A stretch of DNA of 62,731 bases, filler included, from Vermamoeba vermiformis (Eukaryota): assembly GCA_045837725.1 (NCBI GenBank). It is 5 parts of 5 records of this genome, joined end to end, with 100 filler letters (N's around TTAATTAATTAA, not from the genome) between each part and the next. Parts side by side here need not be neighbours in the genome. Positions count along the whole stretch, not along the records: positions 18,687 to 35,576 come from JBEWZL010000218.1; positions 35,677 to 39,557 come from JBEWZL010000223.1; 3 more parts are not named here. One strand, 5' to 3'. A program made the translations under genes and the position numbers. This document shows positions 24,591-36,932 of the stretch, in pieces. The notes beneath the pieces are model-generated. The model worked only from the letters and a program-made list of their open reading frames with translations. It was not told the DNA's origin and ran no database searches. Numbering within the stretch: position 1 is the stretch's first letter; every line of letters begins with the position of its first letter.

Positions 24591-25694
24591 TTATGCAGCT
24601 AAACAAGCTGAAGGTACAAGCCCAACTTTGCCGTCGATCTCTACGATCCAGAAGTCGTCTTCATTGGCATCTAAAATCGTAACGACTTCACCTTTTTTAA
24701 CACTGATCTCTTCATCCGAGGAGGCTGTATGCGAGCTGATTACTTTGGCCGTCTTGCTGGCAGACTGAGTTGGGTTAACCACCGTCGTGGAGGCACCAAG
24801 TTTTTGCGTTGCCTGAGAACCTCTTCTGTTGCGTGCAACCCAAATTCCGACGGGCACCAAGACTGCCGTTACAACAACGACAGATAAGACGGGAACGAGC
24901 ACGCCAACTAACAGGCCAGTTGCTTTTCTATCTAAAGATGCACTTAAGTCCGCAGGTACCGAGGAGTAACTGCTAACTGACGGGTGAACGGCTGTCGGGA
25001 CAACATTATTCGGAGTGCTTATCGTGTAAGGAGAGACATTAAATTGAAGGTTGCAGTCAAAGCAGTGGGTATCATTTAGGGTATTGACAACTGGCGGCCA
25101 TATTTGGCGCCATGAATTCTGGCTGGCAATTCTATGTCACGCGTTAGGTAAATCGATGGTGGAATTATTGACTTACGCAAGATTGTAGACATTGTAATAA
25201 GATGAAACTCGGAAGTTAGTGTCGTACACTATGATGGAAGAGACGTCTAAAACTCCGTACGCAGCAAACATTGAGCCAGGTATCGTAACAAGGCATCTAT
25301 TTGCTGTATTTGGGCAATACAATGTGTAGTTAATGAAGTCAACACTGTATCCACCGAAGGTCATCAAAATACCGATGTCATCTGGAAGTGTGTTAGTTAT
25401 TGGCAGATCCGCGAGTACGGGCATACCGTAATAATACCCCTCGGGCATGTATAGATCAAAAACTATATTATCGCTTTCGGAATTGAATATAAAGTCGCAC
25501 ACGCTGATTATACAGTGTCCCAGTTCAGCAATAGGAACCCTACGCAACATTAAGTTAACATCCGATTATTTAACCTCTTCCACTTACGTCACGTAATCGC
25601 CGTAACTCTGGCCGCAGTCAGTGAGACCACATGCCCAATGGCCAACGATGTTCGTAGCCACCAAGAGAGCAATAATTGGTAACGTTGATTTCAT
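24591..25694 (-). CDS. Type I membrane protein: signal peptide, Cys-containing ectodomain, TM, cytoplasmic SH3
   Basis: MKSTLPIIALLVATNIVG; TM LVGVLVPVLSVVVVTAVLVPVGIW; SH3 HTASSDEEISVKKGEVVTIL...DFWIVEIDGKVGLVPS. Confidence 0.75.
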
Positions 25695-26010
25695 TATGAA
25701 GTTACCAGTCGCTTTCGGCGCAATGATATAAACCTTTGTTCGCAGGTGATCAGTGTTGCTATTAGGATTAATTAAATATAAATTAGTTGGTTGGGAAATA
25801 AAGCGAATTGAATTAACGCAAATGCTACGAAATTTATCGGAAGCTACCCGTTGCTTTGCTGCAAAAGCGAATTCATGTTAGGATAATTACGTCAGTCGAG
25901 ATTTGGGTCTGATTGATTTGATTTTGAATAAATTCCGTTTTCTACAATTGCGTGATATCGAGGCTGTTAAGAAGACCACCCGTAATCCAGCAGTTAATCA
26001 CGACTGAGCG

Positions 26011-28445
26011 ATGAGCGATTCCAAAGAAGGGGCGATACGACGGCTTGCACAACTCCGCGAGCAGAAAAAAATGAACGTACCTCGATCCAGCTCCGCGCCG
26101 TCAACGTCAGAGAGCTCGAAAGAAGCGTTAATAGAAAAGTTGAAAGCAGCTAGGCAAAACGCAAAGGAAAAAAGCTCGCCATCCGCATCAGGTCCTGCCA
26201 GTGGCACACAAACGCCACTATCTCGACAAAGCGCTCCTTCGCTCGATGACAGCTCTCAAAGCAACAACCTTCGTCAAAAATTGTTAGTGTTACGAGTGCA
26301 GAAAGAAAGACAGAGACTGGGTAAGAAAGGAACTTTGTTTAAAAATTAATGCCGATCTATTCAATTAATTAATTTTTGAAATTATTAATAATATAAATCG
26401 CATCATCGATAGCGAGGGGGTTTAAATAATAAATTTGGCGATAGAATAGAAAAGTAATCCAAAAGCAGAATATTTTAAAATAATAGCTAGTATTAGTCCT
26501 GCTTAATTACCTAGCACGATGTTATTAAGACGACTAAGGCCTACTAGCCGAGGATACATTCTGAATCATCCTTGGTGGTGGCATTACAAGCAAAACACAA
26601 AATATTTTGGTTAATGCGTTCGAATGCCTCCGTACTAACACAGTTAATTGTTTTAGATGAGTCAAGTTCGGATAGTACACTCGGTGAGTACTCAGGAATT
26701 GGTTTGCGTGAGCGAGTGTAAACGATTTAATTTTTGGCCCAGATTTGTCAGCTAGCTCCAGCAAGCGCAAGGATAAAAAGGAGAAAAAGCCATCAAAATC
26801 CGAGAAAAAACTGCAAAATGCTGAGCAGGTAGTATTTCGTCTTTTAGTTTGCTTGACTAATTGTAAATAAGGAAAAAAATGCACAATTAGAGCAGATTCG
26901 AGAGAAACAAAGGTAATACGCGATTGATACGTGGTAATAAGTTTATTGAATTTAAAATTCCAGACTGCAAGCAGAGGAGCTTCAACGGCAAAAGGATGCT
27001 GAGCACTATAACTTGACGCAACTAATGAAAGCTGAACTCCAGAGAAGGAGCAAATTAAAGCAAGGAGTTATTGCTATCGAAATACGAGAAAACGATTGTT
27101 GTGTCCTTATATCAGACTTGGCGTATGACGAGGATTTCGAATATTCGATAGCCGATCGTGTGCAGATTGGCAATATTCTCGTTTGTAAGTCTTCATCCAA
27201 TATTTATTTATTATAACAAATTATGCAGTTCAAGGCATTGCGAAAAAATTTATTACCGTGGCTGGCGACTGCGGAGACTTGCCAGCATTATTTTCGAGGT
27301 TGATTAATTCCCTGCAGGTAGAGTGACTCGTTAGTATAGCTTTCGGCTAATATTATTAATATTAGTTATCACAACCTGTAACGAGCTACAGACTTTGCGT
27401 AAACTTCGATATGAACTGGCGCCCGGGTCACCAGATCACGTTGCGAAAGATGGTTTCCTCTTCACGTAACTTTTTCTACTTTCATAAATAATAAATCGTT
27501 ACTAATAACAAATTGTAGAGGTGATCGGTGACCTAGACGCAACTGCGTGCGTGAACTTCAAGATCGTGCACGAAGCTGAAGCGTTGCTTTACTACTGCCA
27601 CAAATTTATTCCCCACTTCTCGGATGCTAAACGTGTCGCGGTATGGACTATCATATATTGTTATAACGCTTAATTATTTATTAGATTCTGCATTTGAATC
27701 ACGAACTTAGGGCTATGCTGTTCGATCTGACCAAGCCTGCGAAGTATCCGCTCGAATTCACCTTCGAAGGGGCTGCTCAAGCTTCATTAAACTTCGACGC
27801 AGAGTTTGAGGCAACGCTGGATAAGCTATTAGAGGGCAAGTTGAATGCGTACAAGTCGCAATATCCAGCCGAATTTGAAGAGCTAATGAAGCGATGGCGC
27901 GTCGAAGAAGAAAGTTGGATGAGTGAGTGAACCGTTGTTAATAGGCGTTGGTCTAATTTTGTGCGCAGATGGCGTAGCAGATTTGTCGTACTTCCCCTTC
28001 TACGACTTCCCAGAGTTTGTTTGTTTCATGGATCGCGTGCACGTGAACCGTCCGTTCAAAACTTTGGATGTAGTTTGTGGCTGGAAGGTTGATGTTGAGG
28101 CGTTGGTTGCCCCGTGCATGACGCACGCCCAACAACAGCTCACAACCTTGCTGGGTAAAGCGAACGTAGAAAACATTGCAATTCTGTCACCTCACAGCGG
28201 TAAGTCCGTCGCATTCGTTAGTTACCTCTTTAACACAGTTGCAAATAGATACTTGGCTCATTCGTAATATAGCGAAGATCTGTCAAAATTTCTGCAAGAA
28301 TCAAATTTATTTATTTATTCAGAAGGAAGGAACTAGCGCCATCGCCACCGGTGTTCTAATTAGTGGCTATGTTCATCCAGTACGCGCGGTATCGCTCACC
28401 AACGCAGAAGCCAACCAAAAGTTCAACGGTAAAAAGGTCCTCTAG
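26011..28445 (+). CDS. Coiled-coil N-terminus + degenerate Hsp70-12-like (actin-fold) domain
   Basis: Ordered remnants VIAIEIRENDCCV (cf. VxxIDFGTTYS), IVHEAEALLYYC (cf. EPEAAA), FDAEFEATLDKLL, VENIAILSPHS..RYL (cf. LVGGF..S.YL) and SAIATGVLISG (cf. AV..GAV..G). Confidence 0.5.
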
Positions 28446-28695
28446 TTTCCTTGATTTGATTTAAGTAAAGCTAAATTTAACCACCGCAATGTTTGAAATC
28501 AAAATTGAATTGATTTCATATTCGGATTAAAACCGCAATTCGCCTTTTCATATTTTGCAGTCAGTATCTCGGAAAAAAATTCGTGTGATTTGCAACAAAT
28601 CCAATTCGCCTTTTGGTTCCGTAATCACGGCGGAATGAAGTTTCGAGCTCAGCAAATTGAGTATCCTCCAAGTGAATAGCACAGTTGAACGAATC

Positions 28696-29837
28696 ATGGA
28701 CGGCTTTCTAGGTACGCTCTTGATGTTTTCATCGTTTTATGCTAATGATGCATTAGTTGACATATTGAACTTCGACCTTGGCATAACTATCGCGAGTATT
28801 ATGAGCGGCTGCATTATCGTTGGTTCGCAGCTTATTGTCGGGCTAATCCTGGCTGTCTTCAAAGTTAGAAACAAGCAAAAGAAGGCTAAAGAGAGAAAAT
28901 TTGTTAATAATGTTCCAAGTTGCGGTAGTCAAAGCGCGGAAACAATGACGGTAAGTTTGATTCAATGCACAATTTCGTAGATCAAGTTACTAACTTTTCT
29001 CGAGAACGCTATGGTAGCTGTTCCTATTGTATACATTGTTGTTCACAACGTTTTGTTTATGATTGGAATGCGCTACGCATACACTTTTCTTACTTTCGCT
29101 GCAGGTAAATTTATACATCCAATTCCAACTTCTAACTTTTTCAGCCATCGTTACTTTGACTCTCTCTGGGTATATTACTCATGCTGCCAAACGTGTTCCT
29201 CTAAAGCGATTTAAAGCTCAGTTTTGCACCACTCAAGCGGTGCTTGGAGGAATCTTCGGTACTTTCGAGATTATTTTGGCTGCGCTGCTCTTTGTTTGGT
29301 GTTACCTTGCAGCTTCAGACTTTGACACAGGAGTAATCTTGATGTATATTTTCCCCGTGACTACGTTTGGCCTTGTGCTCTACTATGCAATGGTGTTGCA
29401 AGCCGTTTTCCAAACCTGGACTTGCGTCTTCCTGTTCGAAGCCTTGCTGTACGTAAAGTTGCCTTTCAAGAGTTAATATTGATAGCAATGCAAACAGATT
29501 AATTCGTGCACAGAAAGACGGTGTGAGAGTTGAGGAGCCAATGGTCGTAGTTTCAAAACCTCAAACCGCACAACCTTCTACCGTAACGACCAATGCCGTT
29601 CCATCGACCGAGAGCTCAAGCTCTTCTGAGTCGGAGGCTGCTCCTGAAGGCTACTACTTCACTACGAGAAGTTATTCTGCTAGCGACGATAATCACGTCA
29701 GTTACGACAAGGACGAACTGGTCAAAATCCTCGATAAAGCAGATCCAGATTGGTGGATTGGCGAATTGCAAAACGGAGCAGTTGGCTTAATTCAGGCTGG
29801 TTCGCTGACTGGTCGCAAAACGAAGAAAAACATGTAA
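28696..29837 (+). CDS. Multi-pass membrane protein with C-terminal SH3 domain
   Basis: Several hydrophobic helices, then YSASDDNHVSYDKDELVKILDKADPDWWIGELQNGAVGLI. Confidence 0.7.
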
Positions 29838-30221
29838 AAATCAATGGTCATTAATTTTGTTCATCAAACATGCCCTACATGCCCTCGTTATCTTTTTAAA
29901 TAAATGCTTGATAATTATAATAATAATATCGGAAAGTGCACGCAATTTACTCGGTTGGATCGTACGATCTAAAAAAGAGCTCACACGCGTCGTCCGCAGC
30001 ACTGTGCTGTTAATGGTACGCTTTAACATACTATACTTATATATCAAGAGTAAATAAACAACATAATAGAATTTCTTTTTTTATTTTTTAGTTAAATCTG
30101 ATCCAAAAAATATTATCTAGAGTGGTTATAACGTTTCGTAAATTTACAAATTATATTTTACTCAAATATTGTCTAATTTTATCCAGGTATCTCTTGCAAT
30201 TGCGGATGACTCGTCGTGCAA

Positions 30222-31670
30222 CTAAAGGTAAGACGAAGGAAATACTTCCCATTGCGAGTTGTTTTTGACGTAAATTTCTCCGTTTGGTGCGCGATACATA
30301 TCTTGACCGCTGCTATTTTGGCCCATCGCTTTGTAATTTCTCAAAATATAATTGTTCATACTTCCAATGGCGCTAACTGTTCTTAAAGGTCTTAGTCCAG
30401 CCTATAAGAGAGTCAATGCACTAGCGTATTGGGTATTTGATGCACGTACGCGAGGATTGTTCAATGGCACAGTGCTGGTTGGAAAACCAGTAACTACGAC
30501 TGGCACCTTTGGGCTTTGTCGTGTAGGTACGTATACTTTTCCATGGGGTGGCTGATAATTTGTCTTTGCAGGAGGTCGTGGAGCTGGAGCGCTCGTGGCT
30601 TTTCTTGGACCGTAATCGACGGTCTTTGGTTGCACAGGCCTGCTCTTTGGTACAGCGCTCGCTTTGCCTGGCTTGCCAGCTGTTATGGGTGGTCTCTTTG
30701 CGTGTGGTCGTGGAGCGGGACTCATCGTGCCTTTGCCGTTGTTCTTGGTCGTCGGCTGTCGATAGCGTTGTGTCTCGTCAATTGGCCCTGGGCACGAGAC
30801 AAAATCTGTGTATTTACGAGGTGCTGGCGACGAATAGAAAGGATTTGGTGCTGTAAACTTCAGCGAACCACCACCGCCAAATCCGAAAGTGGGTGTCATT
30901 CCGTTGACCAGCCAAGGGTTCTGTTTTAGTACTGGATACGTCTTCCATCCAGGCACAACACGGTCGCTCGGTAAAATAACTGCCTGAGGCACAGTACATT
31001 CTGGCGGTTCCGTATCGGCAGGTGGGTCTGGATCGGTCGTTGATGGATCCGGATCTGTTGGTGGATACGAATCAGAAATTATATCTTCTGGATTGCTACT
31101 GGGCTCAGCGGTATCCTCAGTATATTCTTCGGCGTAAGTTTGGTCATCACCAATTCCGTAATCTTCTAATTGAGAAGTCAAATTATCAACAGTGTCGTCA
31201 TAGGACTGATCTTGCAGTTCTTCTTCGGCATAATACGGCGGATCAGCGCCATCATCAATGCCAGTGTAGTCGATGTCTGTTCCATCATCGATGCCAGTGT
31301 AGTCAATGCCTGTTCCATCATCAATGCCAGTATTTTCGATATTGCCGTAGTCACCACAATCAAGGCCTTGAAGATCACCACCGTATTGCTGTAGAAGATC
31401 GTTGTACATTGCTTCTGCTTCAGTATTTCCTCCAAAGTCTGGTTGGGGTAAGCTGTTCATATCACCATTCCAATTGTCCAAGTACGAGGACGGATCACTG
31501 GCGAAGTCGCCGTAAGTGCCTCCATTGCAACTTTCGTAATTATCATAATTGTTATAGCTATTATCGTAACTACTATTATCATTATAGCTGTTGTCATAGC
31601 TATTGTCGTAGCCACCGGTATCGTAATCCCCGGTGTCATAGCCTCCCCCACAATCGTATTCTTCACCCAT
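30222..31670 (-). CDS. Low-complexity protein: Asp/Tyr/Gly-rich N-half, Pro/Lys-rich C-half; unknown function
   Basis: Long ORF with YDTG, YDNS and TGIDDG repeats. A GTACGT...TTATAG intron near 30402-30450 extends it to ...WEVFPSSYL* at 30222. Confidence 0.6.
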
Positions 31671-31954
31671 CAAATCAGCCAACTACTACGAGCTGTAAGT
31701 TAAACTATGATCTCGCACAAAAAGCGAATTGCTCAAAACGTGCAAATCCTACGAATTTTGTTCCGGATCGTGCAAAGTGTGAAAATGCGAATTGGATTTA
31801 ATTGAATTATCCGAGCAGCCGAGATTCAATTAAATTTTAGCAGATTTCAGGTTTTGAACAATTGCCTGACTTAAATAAGCGATATCTGAAATTGCGAATT
31901 GGATCTCATTGAATTAATTGTTATTTACAAGCTTCGGCAGCAATCACAACCTAA

Positions 31955-34630
31955 ATGGAAAGCTCTACAAATCCACCGCGTTCATCAGCGCCTAAGAAAC
32001 ATGGCCCCAAATTCCCGTCACCTCCCGGCACCAAGAAGGCCCCGCAAGCACCGCATCCGAAAGGAACAGTGTCCGTTATTCCAAACCAGAGTTCAGCCGC
32101 TCAAAAGCCTCAGTTTGTTCCTCGTTTGATTACACCTGGTCCAATTGCATTCATTCAGTACCCGCGTGAAGAAGATTCCGAAGATCAGGACATAAAACTC
32201 ACCAACGAAGCAAGAGAACTCTTGACGAAGCTCAACAAGCCTCTCAAGATCATTGGAATCATTGGCTCGTATCGTGGAGGAAAGAGTTTCATTCTGAATC
32301 AGTTGTTGGGAGTGAAGAAAGGTTTTGATCTTGGTCACGAAGTCGAAGGCAAAACGAGAGATATCTGGCTTTGGGGCGTTGATCGTGGCGATCATATCGT
32401 GCTTGCCGTGGATACTGAAGGTCTTTACGACATAAGTAATAGGTAAGTAGGTTAGTTAACTTTGAACTTCGCGTATTAACATTGTATTAAGAGACGAGGC
32501 TCTGGATGCCAAGATCTTCACCGTGTCAATCATGGTGTCGTCTTTCTTAATTTATAATGTGATGCAAAAGCTAGACGAACACAGCATCTTGCGTTTAGGG
32601 TAAAGATCGAACTCAGTTTTTATTTGTTAACGACGCGATTGCTAGATTGGTAACTCAAATCATGAACCATTTGAAAACTGATAACGAAGAAGGCTTGGAT
32701 TTTCACCAACATCTACCTCCTTTGTTGTGGCTAGTGCGAGACTTTAGTTTGCAATTCAAAGAGGTAGGAACATGCTGGGAGTTGGTGATCGATTAATCAA
32801 TTTACAGGGAACAAATCCTCAAACGTATCTTTCCCAGGCTCTGTCTGAACGAGCGGGTCGTGGTGCATCCGTTGCTCGGTCAAACGAGATTCGAAAGGCG
32901 ATTACCACGTTCTTCCCGTCGCTCGAATGCACAACGTTACCGACCCCTGTAAGATTTAAAGGGTAGCAAAACGCCATATTTAACGTTATTTAAAGGTTTT
33001 GAACATGGAAGAAGACCTCTGTCGTATTGAAGAAGACGAGTCTTTGCTCCGTCCTAATTTCGTGTCTGGGGTTACGAGCTTAATTGCGAAATTGCATTCG
33101 GAGACTCCATGGAAGGAAATCAGTTTAAATGGCTTCACAATCAAAATGGATGGACCATGTAAGTGGACTGACCCTTTAATACTTACCGCTAACAACTCGG
33201 CAGCTTATGTTAAGTTCATCGAAATGTGCATTGCCGCGTTGAACGGTAACGAGACTTTTGACATTCCCGATTCATTTTCGGCGATCTGCCGGGAGAAAGG
33301 TGAAGCAGGATTGGCTGAAGCAGTCAAGCTATACACAGCGCAGATGGATCAGGTAAGAGGTTCTCTGTTAGTGATACATCGGTAACAATATTTTTACTAG
33401 ATTACGCTGCCAATTGAAGCCGAGGAACTTCAAGCTACGCATCTGTTGCACATGGACACAGCAGTACAGTTGGTGTCCGAGGCTGCTATGGGTACCTTGA
33501 AGGAGGAGTACATTCAAAAGATACTCGTAAGATGTGATTGTGCATTGGTGTCACAACTAACAGTGTGCAGGATGCGATAGAGGAGTTCAAGGGCGATCAA
33601 CTTGCCGGTGGTCTATATTTCAAATATGCCACGTTGAATTTGAATGCATCAAAAGACTTATGCACGCAACTTGTGGAGAACGCTAAAGCATCAGTGGATT
33701 TGTCGAAATGTACGAGCATGGCTCAATTCAATCAAGCAGCTGAAACAGGTAGTTAATCTCAGTGCCTCAACTCAAATAATCTCTAACCTGGTTAAAGCCT
33801 ATCAATCGTTCAAGCTAGTCGCAGTTGGTCCAGCACGACTGGCTTGTGAACAAGATTTGGTTCAGTCTTTTAACGTAATGTGTAACCAGTTGATGAATAA
33901 GTAAGTCATGTTAGTTTGGCACAACCTTTTAATGCGCAATACAGATTACAAATATCAAAGCTTGAGCAAAATGTGGTCAATCAACAACGTCAATTAGAGC
34001 AGACTCAAAAGGCTCTCGAGGCACAGAAAGCTCAGTACGTACATTGCGAAGAGGTATTCATTTGATTCCACAATAACAAGGATCCAGAGGTGAAAAGGAG
34101 CGGCAAGCATTTGCTGCTAAACAAAAACAAATGGAGCAGACGATGAACCAAATTCAAGCCAAGCGCCGTGAGGAGCAGCAAGAATGGCAAGCGAAGATGC
34201 AGGTACGCACGACCATTACAGTCAATTAATCATTATTGGTGTTGACTTGCTCGCTTAGCGCCATCAAGAGGCAATGGAACAAAAGATTAAAATAATGCAA
34301 GCAGACAATCAAAAGAACATCCAAAATGCCCTATCAAATCAGCGTCAACAATTTATGATGGAACAGCAACGGTAAGAATAATGTACTGTTAGATTGATGT
34401 GCTAATTACTCTCTAGCCAAGATGCCCTGCACCGACAACGCATGTCACAGATAAACTCAAATGCTAGTAATGGATGGGGGTAATTATAAACTAATTAGGC
34501 TGCTAATTTGTAATTAATTTGTTTGTTTAGCATTATGATGGGACAAGCTCTTGGACAGTCATTAGGCAACATGGTTAATTCAATTGAACATGCTGTCCAC
34601 CCAACACATCAGCAGCAGTTTTATTATTAA
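31955..34630 (+). CDS. Guanylate-binding protein (GBP) #3 with Pro-rich N-terminal extension
   Basis: Same G motifs and intron positions as GBP #2; ends ...QQQFYY* about 780 bp from the telomere. Confidence 0.9.
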
Positions 34631-35134
34631 TGTTTTCCAACTGGAATGAGAGGGGCCTGCAATTAGCCATCAATCAATAAATTCCATTTTACCTGCAGTA
34701 AAGTTGTAATTGTTATTAAGCAACTGCGAGTGTAAGGATTGTGTTTTGCACTTGCTGTGGCCAAATCTAAAAGCTCTTTGCAATACACTGAGCTGTTAAG
34801 TACGCAGTCCGGCAATACCTCACTGCGTAATCATCGAGCATCAAAGCAGATTCACTCGGAATAGAGGCTTTCTTTCCTAAAAGCTAGTCCTCTGTATTAA
34901 ATTAATTTAACAATACATTAATTACGTAGTCTGTAATATCGTCGCACAGTTCCCAATAGGCTCCGTCTCAATTTTATTTAAAATTAATTAAATTCAATCT
35001 GGCTCGATCAAAGGTTTCAAATGGTAAAAACTTACAGAAATAATTATTTAATGACGATTATACTATATAGGAGGCTACTACAATTTAGGGTTATGCGTTC
35101 TACGGGCTGATAACACCCTTGCCAGATAAGACTA

Positions 35135-35335
35135 GGGCGTAGTCCTTGAAACTACGCCCTTGCAAACTGGAACAGGGGCGTAGTCCTCGAAACTACGCCC
35201 TTGCAAACTGGGACGGGGCGTAGTCCTCGAAACTACACCCTTGCAAACTGGAACAGGGGCGTAGTCCTCGAAACTACGCCCTTGCAAACTGGGACAGGGG
35301 CGTAGTCCTCGAAACTGCGCCCTTGCAAACTGGAA
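35135..35335. repeat. Subtelomeric 41-bp tandem repeat, five copies, each with an internal inverted repeat
   Basis: GGGCGTAGT-CCTCGAA-ACTACGCCC-TTGCAAACTGGAACAG units at 35135, 35176, 35216, 35257 and 35298. Confidence 0.95.
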
Positions 35336-35407
35336 CTATATACCCTATAGGGGTAGGGGTGGGTAGGTGGGGGGTTGCGTATTCTATTTTCATTCACATC
35401 AGCATCA

Positions 35408-35576
35408 AGGGTTAGGGTTAGGGTTAGGGTTAGGGTTAGGGTTAGGGTTAGGGTTAGGGTTAGGGTTAGGGTTAGGGTTAGGGTTAGGGTTAGGGTTAGG
35501 GTTAGGGTTAGGGTTAGGGTTAGGGTTAGGGTTAGGGTTAGGGTTAGGGTTAGGGTTAGGGTTAGGGTTAGGGTTA
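35408..35576 (+). repeat. Telomere (TTAGGG)n
   Basis: Perfect TTAGGG array at the contig end. Confidence 0.98.
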
Positions 35577-35676
35577 NNNNNNNNNNNNNNNNNNNNNNNN
35601 NNNNNNNNNNNNNNNNNNNNTTAATTAATTAANNNNNNNNNNNNNNNNNNNNNNNNNNNNNNNNNNNNNNNNNNNN
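35577..35676. other. Artificial contig-join spacer
   Basis: N44-TTAATTAATTAA-N44. Confidence 0.97.
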
Positions 35677-35815
35677 GTCAAGGGGCCTCCCGTAGAAACG
35701 TGTAAAAACGAATTTTTCTGGCCAAATATTTCTTCGGACAGGACCTATAAATAAACGCACACATCGCCCATAATGGCAACCACAACGGAGCCCTTTATAT
35801 ATTATTTATATATTA

Positions 35816-36370
35816 ATGGATAAGAAACAGCTACGCAGATACAAAAATGATCAAATTGTGCATCTGAAAATTATGATTGATCAAATCCCGGTTGCTAAAA
35901 CCGAATCTGGCTTGCTAAGCTTCGAGGAACAAGAATCTTCAGCACGTCTTAATGCATTTGTAGAGGCAGCTATGAATCCAGAATCGTTGGTTGAGCGACT
36001 TCAAATAAAGGATGGCTTGATCAGCAGTATTTTCAAGAAGAACTTCCATGTGCCACTAGCCACAAGTTTGCAAAACAAGGTCTCGTACAGTTTGATTAAA
36101 AACCGCCGCAAGATTGGCAAATCTGACTTAGTACTCATTACAACGTACCACTGCTATGACATCTCTTCAATCAAACCTTTTTTGCCAGTACTAGATGGAG
36201 GTCGTGTGGGATTGGACAGCGATTTTACTCCTCTTTTTACGGTGGTATCCAGCGAAGTTCCGTTCATAATCAAATACAACTGGCATGAGCAAGAAATAAC
36301 ACTCCGATTTGATGTAGATAAGTGGCGTGGTAATTTTGTAAATGGCCAGTTTGTTGGCAACCCAATATAA
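35816..36370 (+). CDS. Intronless orphan ORF, 184 aa
   Basis: ATG to TAA ORF with globular-protein composition; no family recognised. Confidence 0.45.
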   Translation: MDKKQLRRYKNDQIVHLKIMIDQIPVAKTESGLLSFEEQESSARLNAFVEAAMNPESLVERLQIKDGLISSIFKKNFHVPLATSLQNKVSYSLIKNRRKIGKSDLVLITTYHCYDISSIKPFLPVLDGGRVGLDSDFTPLFTVVSSEVPFIIKYNWHEQEITLRFDVDKWRGNFVNGQFVGNPI

Positions 36371-36932
36371 TGCGTAAATAAACCTCAAGATCTTGCCGCT
36401 AAAATTAGTCACAAAAAGAGTCGTCTCCGCCAAAATTAGTCGCAAACAGGAAGGGCTAATTGCAAAATTTTAATATATATAATGCATAATAGTATATTAA
36501 ATAATACCACATTAAATGAACTTTAAACCGGTAATATGTATTGTGCAGATGTGAAGGTTTACGAGTTCAATCCCTTCAAAGGTGTGATTGCAACGTGCTT
36601 TAAACAGGCACCTAACGCGCCTTCGTCTCCTAGACATAATACGCTGGTTTAATGGATCAAAAAAGGGAACCGGGAAATAACCGGGAATTGCGGTACCAAC
36701 CCGTTTTTTCGCGGTGCCGTACTTGATTCCCGTGACCTGCAATACGCGACACAGTCATCGGTGAGTATATATTATACATAATCGTCACATATTAAACGAG
36801 CTCATTGGAACACGTCGCTGGGGTTGAGATCGGATCAGATTCAATTTCCTTCCCTAGAAATATTTGAATTATTAACTATTTATTACGCAATAATGATTAA
36901 GCGATTCGTAACCCCTTTAATAATGAACAGAG

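Noticed and set aside
35135-35335. CRISPR-like array of palindromic repeats
   Set aside because: Inter-repeat segments are near-identical rather than unique spacers, there are no cas genes, and the context is a eukaryotic subtelomere.
35367-35632. GL- and VR-repeat ORFs
   Set aside because: Translations of the telomere repeat and the N spacer.
35408-35700. Interstitial telomere or chromosome fusion
   Set aside because: The array ends at an artificial contig-join spacer.
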